64,000 nucleotides of DNA from an uncultured Spirochaetales bacterium (GTDB taxonomy: Bacteria; Spirochaetota; Spirochaetia; CAYRYS01), in NCBI GenBank assembly GCA_964428555.1, contig CAYRYS010000008.1, positions 2,377-66,376 on the forward strand, given 5' to 3'. The position numbers and the translations under genes are program-made. Positions 47,628 through 56,963 of the stretch are shown one piece after another. The notes beneath the pieces are model-generated. The model was given only the letters and a program-made list of their open reading frames with translations, was not told the DNA's origin and made no database searches. The stretch's first letter is position 1. Each line of letters starts with the position of its first letter.

Positions 47628-48611
47628 ATGACAGATCTTAGCACAACATATATGGGAATCAATATAAAGAATCCGGTAATTGTATCAAGCTCTCAACTTA
47701 CCGGTACTCTGGAGGGAATAAAAAAATGCGAAGCAGCAGGTGCAGGCGCAGTTGTTGCAAAGTCCCTATTTGAAGAACAAATCCTTCACAATATCGAGGA
47801 CCTAGAAAATGATGAGACTGTGTTCACACACCCTGAAGCATTTGAATATATTCATCAGATGGGAATGCAGCTTGGTCCTGATGATTACCTCAGCCTTATT
47901 GAGCAGGCAAAGAAAGAGACGAATATCCCTGTCATTGCTTCCCTGAACTGTGTTTCAGCAGGATGGTGGGTTGAATACGCGGAAAAGCTTGAAAATGCAG
48001 GTGCAGACGCGCTTGAACTGAACATCAGCATTCTCCCACAAAGCATTGATACAACAAGCAGGAAAATCGAAGAACAGTATTTAACAATTGTTAATAAGGT
48101 TACCAAAAAAACAGACCTCCCCATTGCAGTTAAAATCGGTAATTACTTTACCAGCCTTCCCCATTTTACTGAGGAGTTACGCAAAGCCGGTGCTTCGGCT
48201 ATTGTGATTTTCAACCGGTTCTACAGATTGGATATAGATATAGACAACCTTGACTTTATTCACGGTCAGCGGTTTTCCAGTTCCACAGACCTTCAGCCCC
48301 TGCTTCGGTGGACAGGGCTTTTGTACGGCCAGATAGGATGCGATATATCCTGTACAACCGGGGTACACACAGGAGAGGATGCAGTGAAACTCTTGCTTAC
48401 TGGAGCAAAAACAATACAGGTGTGCTCAGCACTTTACCAAAACAGCCTTTCTACTATACAGAAAATAACAGAAAGGCTTTCTCAGTGGATGGAAGAGAAG
48501 AAATTCACCAGTGTAAAGGAGTTTACCGGACTTATGAGCAAATCTGGAACAAAAACTCCGGAAGTATATAACCGTCTCCAGTACATTAAGGCATTAACAG
48601 GACTTGAATAA
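47628..48611 (+). CDS. Dihydroorotate-dehydrogenase-like FMN TIM-barrel protein lacking the canonical catalytic Cys/Ser
   Basis: DHOD-like N-terminus (GINIKNPVIVSS) and C-terminal FMN motif (TGAKTIQVCSALY). ELNISILP sits where ELNLSCPN is expected. Confidence 0.55.
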   Translation: MTDLSTTYMGINIKNPVIVSSSQLTGTLEGIKKCEAAGAGAVVAKSLFEEQILHNIEDLENDETVFTHPEAFEYIHQMGMQLGPDDYLSLIEQAKKETNIPVIASLNCVSAGWWVEYAEKLENAGADALELNISILPQSIDTTSRKIEEQYLTIVNKVTKKTDLPIAVKIGNYFTSLPHFTEELRKAGASAIVIFNRFYRLDIDIDNLDFIHGQRFSSSTDLQPLLRWTGLLYGQIGCDISCTTGVHTGEDAVKLLLTGAKTIQVCSALYQNSLSTIQKITERLSQWMEEKKFTSVKEFTGLMSKSGTKTPEVYNRLQYIKALTGLE

Positions 48612-48623
48612 TAGTTCCAATAC

Positions 48624-48657
48624 CAAAAAAAGCCGGTCTTTTAAACCGGCTTTTTTT
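48624..48657. terminator. Bidirectional rho-independent terminator
   Basis: aaaaaaagccggt-cttttaa-accggcttttttt. Confidence 0.6.
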
Positions 48658-49683
48658 CTACCATCTGCTTTCTATTCCTAAGGCAGAGAGAATTTGCGAC
48701 CATGCAGCCTCTGCGCTATTGTCCAACAGAACCATATGTCCGGAGTCATCTAGCGCTCTGGTTTCCACAGAGTTGCCGCTTTGCTCTAAAATTGTTGCAA
48801 GGTTTTCAAAACCCTCCTGGGTAAAAAAGAGATCATCATCTCCCCAGACCACAGAGACCTGGCAATCCGAAACAAGGGGTGCAAGCCCGGTCTCCAGGTA
48901 TTCAGCTGTCAGCTCAGAAAGGTAAGCCTGGGTTGCATTATCCTCCGGGTTAACAAGGTCCATTGCATTATACAATCGGTTAATATTCGGATTAACAATA
49001 TCCCATACCGATTCCCTGCTCGGCGCTGCACCGGGCTTGGTAAATGCAATAATATACCTGAGCCAGGAAGTCTGTTTTGAAAGCCACCGGACAACAGGTC
49101 CTGCTGCCTGGTAGTCCATTCCAGTGTTCAATGGAGAATACAGGATTATTTCATCCGGTTTTGTATCTCCGAAAGCAGCAATAGTCAGGTTAACCAGTGT
49201 ACCGAAGGACATAGAAGCTGTTACAATTCTATGGCCCTCAGATAGATTTGCTGTATACGCATTGTATATCTGGAGTACCTGGCGCATATCTTCCTGAAAA
49301 TGCCATTGTGCATTTCTCTGTTCAAATGGCCAGCTTTGCAGGCCGTATACCGGAACAACTACATTTACTTGAAACTCATTGTGAAGTCTCCGGAGCTGTT
49401 CCTCATACATTCCTGCAGGCGCCTGGGCACGAAATCCTTCCATAAAAAAGAGGGTCCTCTCATATTCAGGGTTTACTAATAACAGGGGCTCACCTACATC
49501 TTCTCTGTAGAGTAAATGCTCATGGTATTCCCGTTCCTGTTCAACACCTTCAGAATATGCACGCATACTGTTGTATTGGTAATCCATAAAGAGTGAATAG
49601 ATTCCCAAAGCTGCCAATGGGACCAGGAGAACAAAAAGCACAATTTTTACTGTTCTCTGGATAATAGATTTCTTTATCGCCAC
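48658..49683 (-). CDS. Membrane-anchored alpha/beta-hydrolase-like protein
   Basis: N-terminal TM helix and SMSFG nucleophile-elbow-like pentapeptide. Confidence 0.45.
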   Translation of the reverse strand: MAIKKSIIQRTVKIVLFVLLVPLAALGIYSLFMDYQYNSMRAYSEGVEQEREYHEHLLYREDVGEPLLLVNPEYERTLFFMEGFRAQAPAGMYEEQLRRLHNEFQVNVVVPVYGLQSWPFEQRNAQWHFQEDMRQVLQIYNAYTANLSEGHRIVTASMSFGTLVNLTIAAFGDTKPDEIILYSPLNTGMDYQAAGPVVRWLSKQTSWLRYIIAFTKPGAAPSRESVWDIVNPNINRLYNAMDLVNPEDNATQAYLSELTAEYLETGLAPLVSDCQVSVVWGDDDLFFTQEGFENLATILEQSGNSVETRALDDSGHMVLLDNSAEAAWSQILSALGIESRW

Positions 49684-49685
49684 TT

Positions 49686-50429
49686 TTATTTACCCTTTCT
49701 CTTGTCACGAACATAAATAATATATCCAGGTGCCTGCTGGTTTTTTCTGGCATCAATATCAAAAAGCCCGATTGCGCGCATAAGTTCACCCAGTTTTTTG
49801 TATCCATAGTTTCTGGGGTCGAATTCAGATGCTTTGTTTGCAAGGTTTTGTCCGACTACAGAAAGAGATGCCCAACCGTCATCATCTGCAGAGTCCTCAA
49901 CTGCTGTGCGTAATAAATGGACAAGCCTGGTATCGCTGCGCATTTCTTTTGCAGAGGTCTTTTTCCCTGAAGACTGGGCATTTTCTTTCCTAAGTATCTC
50001 GGTAAAGATGAACTTATCGCAAGCAGCAACCAGGGACTTTGGTGTCTTTTTCTCCCCAAAGCCGTAGACCTTTAAGCCTGACTGCCTGACCCGCATTGCA
50101 AGCCTGGTAAAGTCCGAGTCAGATGACACAATGCAGAACCCTTCCAGTTTCTCTGTATACAACAGATCCATTGCGTCTATTATCATAGCATTGTCTGTTG
50201 AGTTCTTTCCTGATGTATAAGAGAACTGCTGGATTGGCTGAATTGCATAATCTAAAAGCACCTGCTTCCATCCGCTTAAGGATGTGTTTGTCCAATCACC
50301 GTAAATCCGTTTTACACTCGCAATTCCGTATTTTGCAATTTCTTCCATTAACCCGTCAATTATTGAAGGCTGAGCATTGTCAGCATCGATCAATACTGCG
50401 AGCTTACTTTGTTTCATTTCATTTTCCAT
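49686..50429 (-). CDS. NYN-domain (LabA-like) RNase-fold protein with C-terminal OST-HTH/LOTUS domain
   Basis: KLAVLIDADNA...CIVSSDSDFTRLA (NYN) plus WASLSVVGQNLANKASEFDPRNYGYKKLGELM (OST-HTH). Confidence 0.65.
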   Translation of the reverse strand: MENEMKQSKLAVLIDADNAQPSIIDGLMEEIAKYGIASVKRIYGDWTNTSLSGWKQVLLDYAIQPIQQFSYTSGKNSTDNAMIIDAMDLLYTEKLEGFCIVSSDSDFTRLAMRVRQSGLKVYGFGEKKTPKSLVAACDKFIFTEILRKENAQSSGKKTSAKEMRSDTRLVHLLRTAVEDSADDDGWASLSVVGQNLANKASEFDPRNYGYKKLGELMRAIGLFDIDARKNQQAPGYIIYVRDKRKGK

Positions 50430-50588
50430 TTGTAATCCTTCTTACAGTTATAATAAAGGCATTTTGCACATTTGCATAGATGTTCCAGGAGAATAAATTT
50501 CTTCTGGTTATCCTTTCCATTCCCGGTTTTCCGCGTTACTATATGTATAGAATAGATAATTCTGCGAAACATATGGAGGCCACCTAAA

Positions 50589-50867
50589 ATGATGAACGGC
50601 ATGTTTTACGTCAAGCTCAGAAAGAACCTAGTTGAATTAAAAGAGTCAAAGATATTTTCAAAAGAAACAGTAAACCAAATGCTGGATTCAGCAAAGGACC
50701 TTTCCCATGATAAGGTCTACCCTGTACTTGCAATTGACAGGGTCACTTCCACAGAGATCGATCAGATTGAGTATCTGACACTCTACCATATCGCCGATGA
50801 CAATGGAGATCTGATCTGGGCATTTGCACCATTGTTCAAGTTTGTCGGACTTGCAAATAAAAAATAA
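50589..50867 (+). CDS. Hypothetical protein (92 aa)
   Basis: GGAGG ribosome-binding site at 50574..50578. Terminator immediately downstream. Confidence 0.4.
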   Translation: MMNGMFYVKLRKNLVELKESKIFSKETVNQMLDSAKDLSHDKVYPVLAIDRVTSTEIDQIEYLTLYHIADDNGDLIWAFAPLFKFVGLANKK

Positions 50868-50873
50868 TCCTAT

Positions 50874-50903
50874 GCCGGAGAGCCTAGTGTTCTCCGGCTT
50901 TTT
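50874..50903. terminator. Bidirectional terminator hairpin overlapping the stop codon of the YigZ-like gene
   Basis: gccggaga-gcctagtgt-tctccggc followed by ttttt. Confidence 0.55.
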
Positions 50904-51504
50904 CTATTATCTCGCACCTACCTGAGGTCAGTTCGATAAGCTGCGACTGCAATTGGTTCCAGCTCTTGCTTAGCACTGACACTTCCAATGTAATATTCTC
51001 CGCAAAGTCTTCTGAAAGGAGATTTCCTTCCTCTGCTTCCACAGCTTGCTTCACCTGTTCATAATGGGTGTATCCGGTTCCAATAATAACATCCATCCTG
51101 CTTCTGGTGTCCTGAAAAGACAGTTTATCCACTGCAAGACTCGCAGCCCTGCTATATGCACGGTATAGCCCTCCTGTACCAAGCTTTTTTCCCCCAAAAT
51201 ACCGGGCTATGAGAATAAAGCACTGATAGATATTATTCTTTTCCAGTACAGCAAAAGCAGGCCTTCCTGCAGTTCCCGGGGGTTCTCTGTCATCCGAACT
51301 GGAACACACAGGTTTTTCATTGATTAAGAGCCTTGCTGCATGAACAATATGGCTCGCTTTTTTATGCGCCTGGGCAAATTCACTTCGTTTGTTTTCCAGG
51401 GTTTCAGGAGTATCACAATACCCTGCATTGCTGACAAACCTTGAGCCTTCTACCGTATGTTCAGCTTCTGCATATCCTGCAGGAATAGTTATTTCTGAAT
51501 TCAA
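50884..51504 (-). CDS. YigZ/IMPACT-family protein
   Basis: SDDREPPGTAGRPAF matches the family signature. Confidence 0.7.
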   Translation of the reverse strand: MNSEITIPAGYAEAEHTVEGSRFVSNAGYCDTPETLENKRSEFAQAHKKASHIVHAARLLINEKPVCSSSDDREPPGTAGRPAFAVLEKNNIYQCFILIARYFGGKKLGTGGLYRAYSRAASLAVDKLSFQDTRSRMDVIIGTGYTHYEQVKQAVEAEEGNLLSEDFAENITLEVSVLSKSWNQLQSQLIELTSGRCEIIEKAGEH

Positions 51505-51506
51505 TC

Positions 51507-52484
51507 TCAGTTTTTGTCCTTCCGAAGTTCTTTTGGAAATTCATCAAAAATTGCGGAAACTGATTCTCTTAACTGTATCCGCTTAATTGCTTCAGCAAAT
51601 GTCGGCGCTGCACTAAGTGTTTTTATTTTCCTGCATCCGTTTATATGTGGATTGGGAACCGAATCAGTGGTAACAAATACGTCAATATTGCTTTCTTCGA
51701 TTCTTTTCACTGCTTTTTCAGAAAGCAGTACATGGGACAGGCAGGCATACACCTTTTTCACGCCCCGTTTTTTCAATTCAGCGGTAAGGTCAATGAGAGT
51801 GCCGCCGGAAATGGAAAAGTCATCCACAATTACCGCATTCTTTCCGTCAATATCTCCAATTATCTCAAGAATTTTCGCATTCTCATCATGCCCTTTTCTT
51901 GCTTTGTCGCCTATTGCAACAGAACAGCCCAATACACCGGCATACTTCCGCGCTTGTTTTACAAACCCAGCATCTGGAGAAACCACGACCATGTCAGGAA
52001 TATTCTGGGACTTCAGATAGTCAATAAAAAGGGGCATAGCATAGATATGGTCAACAGGACTCTTGAAAAAGCCCTGGATCTGAGAGGAATGGAGGTCCAT
52101 TGTAACTACCCTGTCAGCACCTGCCAGTTCTATACACTCAGCACAAACCCTTGCACGGATGGAGACCCTCGGCTCGTCCTTTTTGTCCCCTTTTGCATAC
52201 CCGAAATACGGAATAATAGCAGTAACAGTACTCGCGCTTGCCCGCTTAAAGGTGTCCAGCCAGAACAGAAGCTCTGTAAACTCATCATTCGGGTTCAAGC
52301 CAATTGTCTGAACAATGTAAACATCCATACCCCGTACAGTTTCGCAGGCTTTTACAAAAGTGTTGCCCTCAGAGAAGCGGATCACCTCAGACTTGCCAAG
52401 GGGAATAGTAAGGTAGTCACACATATCCTGGGCAAACTCTCTGCCGGAGGTCCCACCGAAAATCCTCATTGTTTCAAGGTTCAT
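51507..52484 (-). CDS. prs: Ribose-phosphate pyrophosphokinase
   Basis: MRIFGGTSGREFAQ N-terminus and PRPP-binding loop DDFSISGGTL. Confidence 0.9.
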   Translation of the reverse strand: MNLETMRIFGGTSGREFAQDMCDYLTIPLGKSEVIRFSEGNTFVKACETVRGMDVYIVQTIGLNPNDEFTELLFWLDTFKRASASTVTAIIPYFGYAKGDKKDEPRVSIRARVCAECIELAGADRVVTMDLHSSQIQGFFKSPVDHIYAMPLFIDYLKSQNIPDMVVVSPDAGFVKQARKYAGVLGCSVAIGDKARKGHDENAKILEIIGDIDGKNAVIVDDFSISGGTLIDLTAELKKRGVKKVYACLSHVLLSEKAVKRIEESNIDVFVTTDSVPNPHINGCRKIKTLSAAPTFAEAIKRIQLRESVSAIFDEFPKELRKDKN

Positions 52485-53386
52485 GAATTCTTCCTCTCTG
52501 TTTGTAAGCCGTTTAATGAATCCAGAGCCTGGATTAATGCCTGTGTTCCAAGTTTCCCTTTCCCCTGTGACTGCAGCGCAGTATACAGCTGATGGACCAG
52601 AGCGAGTCCCGGAAGAGCGAGATTCATGGCAGATGCCTCTTTCAAGGCAATTCCCATATCTTTTACAAAATGATCAATAAAAAATCCTGGTGAATAGTCG
52701 TTATTTATGATTCTCGGGGCAAGATTATCAAGGCTCCAGCACCCTGCTGCACCGCCGGAAATTGATTCAAGCATGGTTTCCGCAGAAAGACCGGCCCTTC
52801 TTCCATACAACAAGGCTTCGCACATACCAATCATTGTTCCTGCAATTACTGTTTGATTACACATTTTTGTGTGCTGTCCGTTTCCCACCGGGCCTTGATA
52901 TACAATTTTACTTCCAAGGACCTCAAGCAAAGGAAGAACCCTTTGAAAGTCTTCCTCATTTCCTCCAGCCATAATCGACAAGGTCCCTTTCTCTGCTCCA
53001 ACGTCCCCGCCTGAGACCGGAGCGTCCACCAAGGATGCGCCCTTTCCTCCAAGCTGTTCCGCGATTTCTATCTCAAGACTTGGTTCGGTTGTAGTCATGT
53101 CAACACAGATAGTACCAGTACTGACAGTAGAGAGGATTCCTCTTTCTCCAAGATATACTTCCCGTACATCATGGGGAAACCCGACAATAGTGAAAACAAC
53201 ATCAGCATTTTCTGCGGCTTCTGCCGGGTCGCCTGCATATTGAGCTCCCATAGATACTAGTGCCTCTGTTTTTTTCTTGGTCCTGTTATGCACTTTTACA
53301 GCATATCCTGCTTGAATAAGATGCCTGCACATAGGCAGCCCCATTACTCCAGTTCCTATCCATCCAATGATTTTCTTTTCTGTCAT
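52481..53386 (-). CDS. NAD(P)-dependent oxidoreductase, 3-hydroxyisobutyrate/2-hydroxy-3-oxopropionate reductase family
   Basis: Rossmann motif IGWIGTGVMGLPM and the 6PGDH-like fold. Confidence 0.75.
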   Translation of the reverse strand: MTEKKIIGWIGTGVMGLPMCRHLIQAGYAVKVHNRTKKKTEALVSMGAQYAGDPAEAAENADVVFTIVGFPHDVREVYLGERGILSTVSTGTICVDMTTTEPSLEIEIAEQLGGKGASLVDAPVSGGDVGAEKGTLSIMAGGNEEDFQRVLPLLEVLGSKIVYQGPVGNGQHTKMCNQTVIAGTMIGMCEALLYGRRAGLSAETMLESISGGAAGCWSLDNLAPRIINNDYSPGFFIDHFVKDMGIALKEASAMNLALPGLALVHQLYTALQSQGKGKLGTQALIQALDSLNGLQTERKNS

Positions 53387-53545
53387 ACAGCAGGTGCTCC
53401 TTTCAAGGGCCTTTAGACAATATGTTATCTATTATATCAGACATAATTATAATTCTTCGAGCTGTTTTCTTAATATTTTTCACACCTTTCTACAATTAAG
53501 GGAAATACTTTTTCAATTCCGGGTAACCAATAGTATACTATATAT

Positions 53546-54190
53546 ATGAGTAGAGATAAGGATTATCAACGTATTCGGGAACTCATGGTTGAAAATCAAG
53601 TTCAAGCAAGAGGCGTACACGACAACAATGTGCTCAGTGCAATGCGCAAGGTACCGAGGCACCAATTTGTCCCGCCGGAGCTTGAACGTGAGTCGTACAT
53701 GGACAAACCGCTCCCAATCGGAAAAGGACAGACAATCAGCCAGCCTTACATTGTTGGGTATATGACAAGCCTTCTTCACCTTACTGGTGATGAAAAGGTC
53801 CTGGAAATAGGCACAGGCTCCGGATACCAGACCGCCCTGCTTGCAGAGACCGCTGCCCAAGTATTCTCTATAGAGCTGATTGAAAGCCTATCCAAAAGAT
53901 CAGCAAAAAAGCTGAGTAACATTGGCTACACCAACATCCACTTCAGGACAGGCGATGGATTCAAAGGGTGGCCGGAACAAGCCCCGTTTGACCGGGTCAT
54001 CCTAACTTCAGCACCCCCGGAAATTCCGGATACACTGCTTAACCAGCTTGACCCGGAATCAGGAATTATGGTCGCACCTGAAGGGCGGAACAACCAGGTC
54101 CTGTATCAAATACGTATGGAATACGGCAGACCAATAAAAAACGCAATCTGCCCTGTCCGTTTTGTTCCCATGCTTCCACAGAAAGACTAA
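53546..54190 (+). CDS. pcm: Protein-L-isoaspartate O-methyltransferase
   Basis: GQTISQPYIVGYM and LEIGTGSGYQTA motifs. Confidence 0.85.
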   Translation: MSRDKDYQRIRELMVENQVQARGVHDNNVLSAMRKVPRHQFVPPELERESYMDKPLPIGKGQTISQPYIVGYMTSLLHLTGDEKVLEIGTGSGYQTALLAETAAQVFSIELIESLSKRSAKKLSNIGYTNIHFRTGDGFKGWPEQAPFDRVILTSAPPEIPDTLLNQLDPESGIMVAPEGRNNQVLYQIRMEYGRPIKNAICPVRFVPMLPQKD

Positions 54191-54193
54191 TAT

Positions 54194-55102
54194 TTACGCA
54201 TCTACACCAATAACACTACGGATAAAGTATCCGATAATAAAAGATAACAAGGCAACCCCCATGCTCAATAAGGCCATTTCCCCAAAACGGTGCAAGAACT
54301 TATATCCCTTTGCAACTGATATGTAGAAATTAAAAATAAAGATAATAAGCAGTGCAAAGACAAGCGTCATTACCAGAGATGCAATGTAGTGAATACCAAT
54401 AAAGTACGGGAGTATGAGAATTACAACAGTACCAATGTATGCGGTACCTGTATACACAGCAGCTTTTACTGCATTCTTGCTGTTATTCTCCGATTTTGTT
54501 GAAAGGTATTCAGATGCTGCCATTGACATAGAGGCAGCAATACCGGTAATTAATCCTGCAATAGCAATTAGCCTAGTATTCTGCAATGCAAGGGTAAGCC
54601 CTGCTAATGTTCCAGTCAACTCAACTAATGCATCATTGAGTCCAAGCACAACAGAGCCAACATACAATAGACCCTCCTCCTGGATCATACTAATCAGTTT
54701 TTCCTCATGAGCTTCTTCATCATTCTCGATCTCCCTTGCGCCTGGAACATACTCAGCAAGCTGCTTATAGTTGAACTGGGCATTCTCTTCCCCTAATTCC
54801 ATAAGTTTTATTCCAAAGGTTATCCCGAATATCCTTGAAACAAGGACATAGAAAAATACTTTCAGGCTTTTCGGCTTCACCTGAATTCCCGTGGTTTTCT
54901 CCCAAAAGTCAGCGTGCCGTTTTTCATCCTCACCTATTTGCCGAAGAACTTGAGCATTTTCAGCATCCTTGGCTTTTTCTGCAAGGGATGTGTAGATACG
55001 GTATTCGGTTAGCTCATTTTTTTGGGTATTTATAATTTGCTTTCGTATTTTCTGGGGAAGAGTTTTCCAGCGTTCTTCCTGTACTCTTGTTTGCTCAGTC
55101 AT
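54194..55102 (-). CDS. MbfA-like ferritin-like (erythrin) domain fused to a VIT1/CCC1 membrane iron-transporter domain
   Basis: N-terminal rubrerythrin-like E..H motifs (EDEKRHADFWEK) plus about 5 TM helices C-terminally. Confidence 0.7.
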   Translation of the reverse strand: MTEQTRVQEERWKTLPQKIRKQIINTQKNELTEYRIYTSLAEKAKDAENAQVLRQIGEDEKRHADFWEKTTGIQVKPKSLKVFFYVLVSRIFGITFGIKLMELGEENAQFNYKQLAEYVPGAREIENDEEAHEEKLISMIQEEGLLYVGSVVLGLNDALVELTGTLAGLTLALQNTRLIAIAGLITGIAASMSMAASEYLSTKSENNSKNAVKAAVYTGTAYIGTVVILILPYFIGIHYIASLVMTLVFALLIIFIFNFYISVAKGYKFLHRFGEMALLSMGVALLSFIIGYFIRSVIGVDA

Positions 55103-55116
55103 ATAAGTCCTTTCGC

Positions 55117-55935
55117 CTATGAAAATGATTCAGGATCTACTCCTGTACGCATGTTCTCATCTAGATTATTCAATGCCTGCATATCTGCCTGGTCAAGCTC
55201 GAAGTCGAATACATTAAAGTTCTCTTGTATACGCTCTTTATGTGCTGACTTTGGAATAACTACAAGGCCGGACTGGATATGCCAGCGAATTGTAATCTGT
55301 GCTTCGGTTTTTCCGTATTTTCTGCCGACTTCCTGTAAAACATTATCTTCGGTTACCCGCGCACGCGCAAGCGGGCTCCATGATTCAACAATGATCCCTT
55401 TTGCATTACAAAACTGGCGCAGCTGCTTTTGCTGTAAATAAGGATGAAGCTCTACCTGGTTTATCACCGGTTTTTTAAGTCCTTTCTCCAGAATATCATT
55501 CAAATGGTGTTCATGAAAATTGCTTACCCCAATTGCCCTGGCAAGACCGTCCTCGTGGAGGGCAATCATCTCTTCCCATGTTTCAAGGTATTTACCATCC
55601 ACTGGCCAGTGTATTAGATATAAATCAACGTAATCCATATTCAGCCTGGTGAGACTGTCTTCAAGCGCTTTCTTTGTCTCATACCTGCCTTGTTCTGAGT
55701 TCCATACCTTCGTAGTAATGAAGATCTCTTTTCTCTCAATTCCCGACGTCCGTACAGCCTTACCTATGGATTTCTCATTCCCATACATGGAAGCTGTATC
55801 AATATGCCGATAACCTGCTTCCAAGGCAGATCCTACCGCAGCCTCTGCTTCTCCTCCTTCGGACAGCTTATACGTACCGAATCCTATCTGGGGGATACTC
55901 ACTGTATCTGTTAAAAGAATATTCTTAAAACGCAT
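55117..55935 (-). CDS. Aldo/keto reductase
   Basis: IPQIGFGTYKL, DTASMYGNE and LIHWP motifs. Confidence 0.8.
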   Translation of the reverse strand: MRFKNILLTDTVSIPQIGFGTYKLSEGGEAEAAVGSALEAGYRHIDTASMYGNEKSIGKAVRTSGIERKEIFITTKVWNSEQGRYETKKALEDSLTRLNMDYVDLYLIHWPVDGKYLETWEEMIALHEDGLARAIGVSNFHEHHLNDILEKGLKKPVINQVELHPYLQQKQLRQFCNAKGIIVESWSPLARARVTEDNVLQEVGRKYGKTEAQITIRWHIQSGLVVIPKSAHKERIQENFNVFDFELDQADMQALNNLDENMRTGVDPESFS

Positions 55936-56117
55936 AAAAACCTCACTTTCTTATTAGCAAGCCCAATTTATAAAGACTTTGCTGTATATCTAGTATGTTA
56001 AAATTATCTAGATTTGATCACTTAATTTATTGCATGTATCCGCCGATCATTGACATAGGACACTAATTTTATCACATTGGTTCTATATGAGAATGCAGTA
56101 AGACTGAGGCATAATGT

Positions 56118-56963
56118 ATGAAAACAAGCCCCCTTAAAAAACCTCCTGTTCAGCTTACGAATGACGGCAATCTATCTCTGTTCTTTGTCGGTGTAGGAAG
56201 CGCATTCAGTAAAAGAAACTTTCAGACAAACCTTCTTATTGTTAAAGGGGATGAACATGTCCTGGTTGACTGCGGAACCCGGTGTCCTGAGGCACTGCAT
56301 AATCTCGGGCTTCATGTTACAGATATTAAAAATTTTTTAATAACCCACTCTCATGCAGACCACATTGGCGGACTCGAAGAAGCAATGCTTATGAACCGCT
56401 ATTTTGCAAGGAAAAAAGCAAATATCATAATTACAGAAATATACCAGCACCTACTGTGGGATCTTTCACTGCGCGGCGGCACAGCATATTCGGAGGAAAT
56501 TGACGGCAAACTCCTTGACTTCGGAGACATGTGGGACATACTCAGACCGAGATGGAAGCCTGGTTACCCTAGAGAAACATTTGAAATTGAACTAGGTCCA
56601 TTGAATATAAAAATGGTCAGAACAAAGCATATTCCAGAGCAGGCAAGCTCCTGGGAAGAGGCAGCGTGGAGCTGCGGTCTCATTATAGATGACAGGATTT
56701 TGTTCACGAGCGATACCAGATTTGACAGAGACTTACTATTAAAATACGATGCACGGTTTAATTTTGAAAATATCTTTCATGACTGCCAGTTTTTTACCGG
56801 GGGGGTCCACGCTTCCCTTGATGAGCTTTCAACACTTCCTAAAGAATTAAAACAAAAAATGATACTCGTACACTATGGGGACAATTGGGAAGATAAGGTG
56901 GAAAACGTTCAGAAACACGGTTTTCACAGCCTTGCCAGACAATGGGTGTTTTATACCTTTTAA
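56118..56963 (+). CDS. MBL-fold metallo-hydrolase
   Basis: HSHADHIGG zinc-binding motif. Confidence 0.65.
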   Translation: MKTSPLKKPPVQLTNDGNLSLFFVGVGSAFSKRNFQTNLLIVKGDEHVLVDCGTRCPEALHNLGLHVTDIKNFLITHSHADHIGGLEEAMLMNRYFARKKANIIITEIYQHLLWDLSLRGGTAYSEEIDGKLLDFGDMWDILRPRWKPGYPRETFEIELGPLNIKMVRTKHIPEQASSWEEAAWSCGLIIDDRILFTSDTRFDRDLLLKYDARFNFENIFHDCQFFTGGVHASLDELSTLPKELKQKMILVHYGDNWEDKVENVQKHGFHSLARQWVFYTF

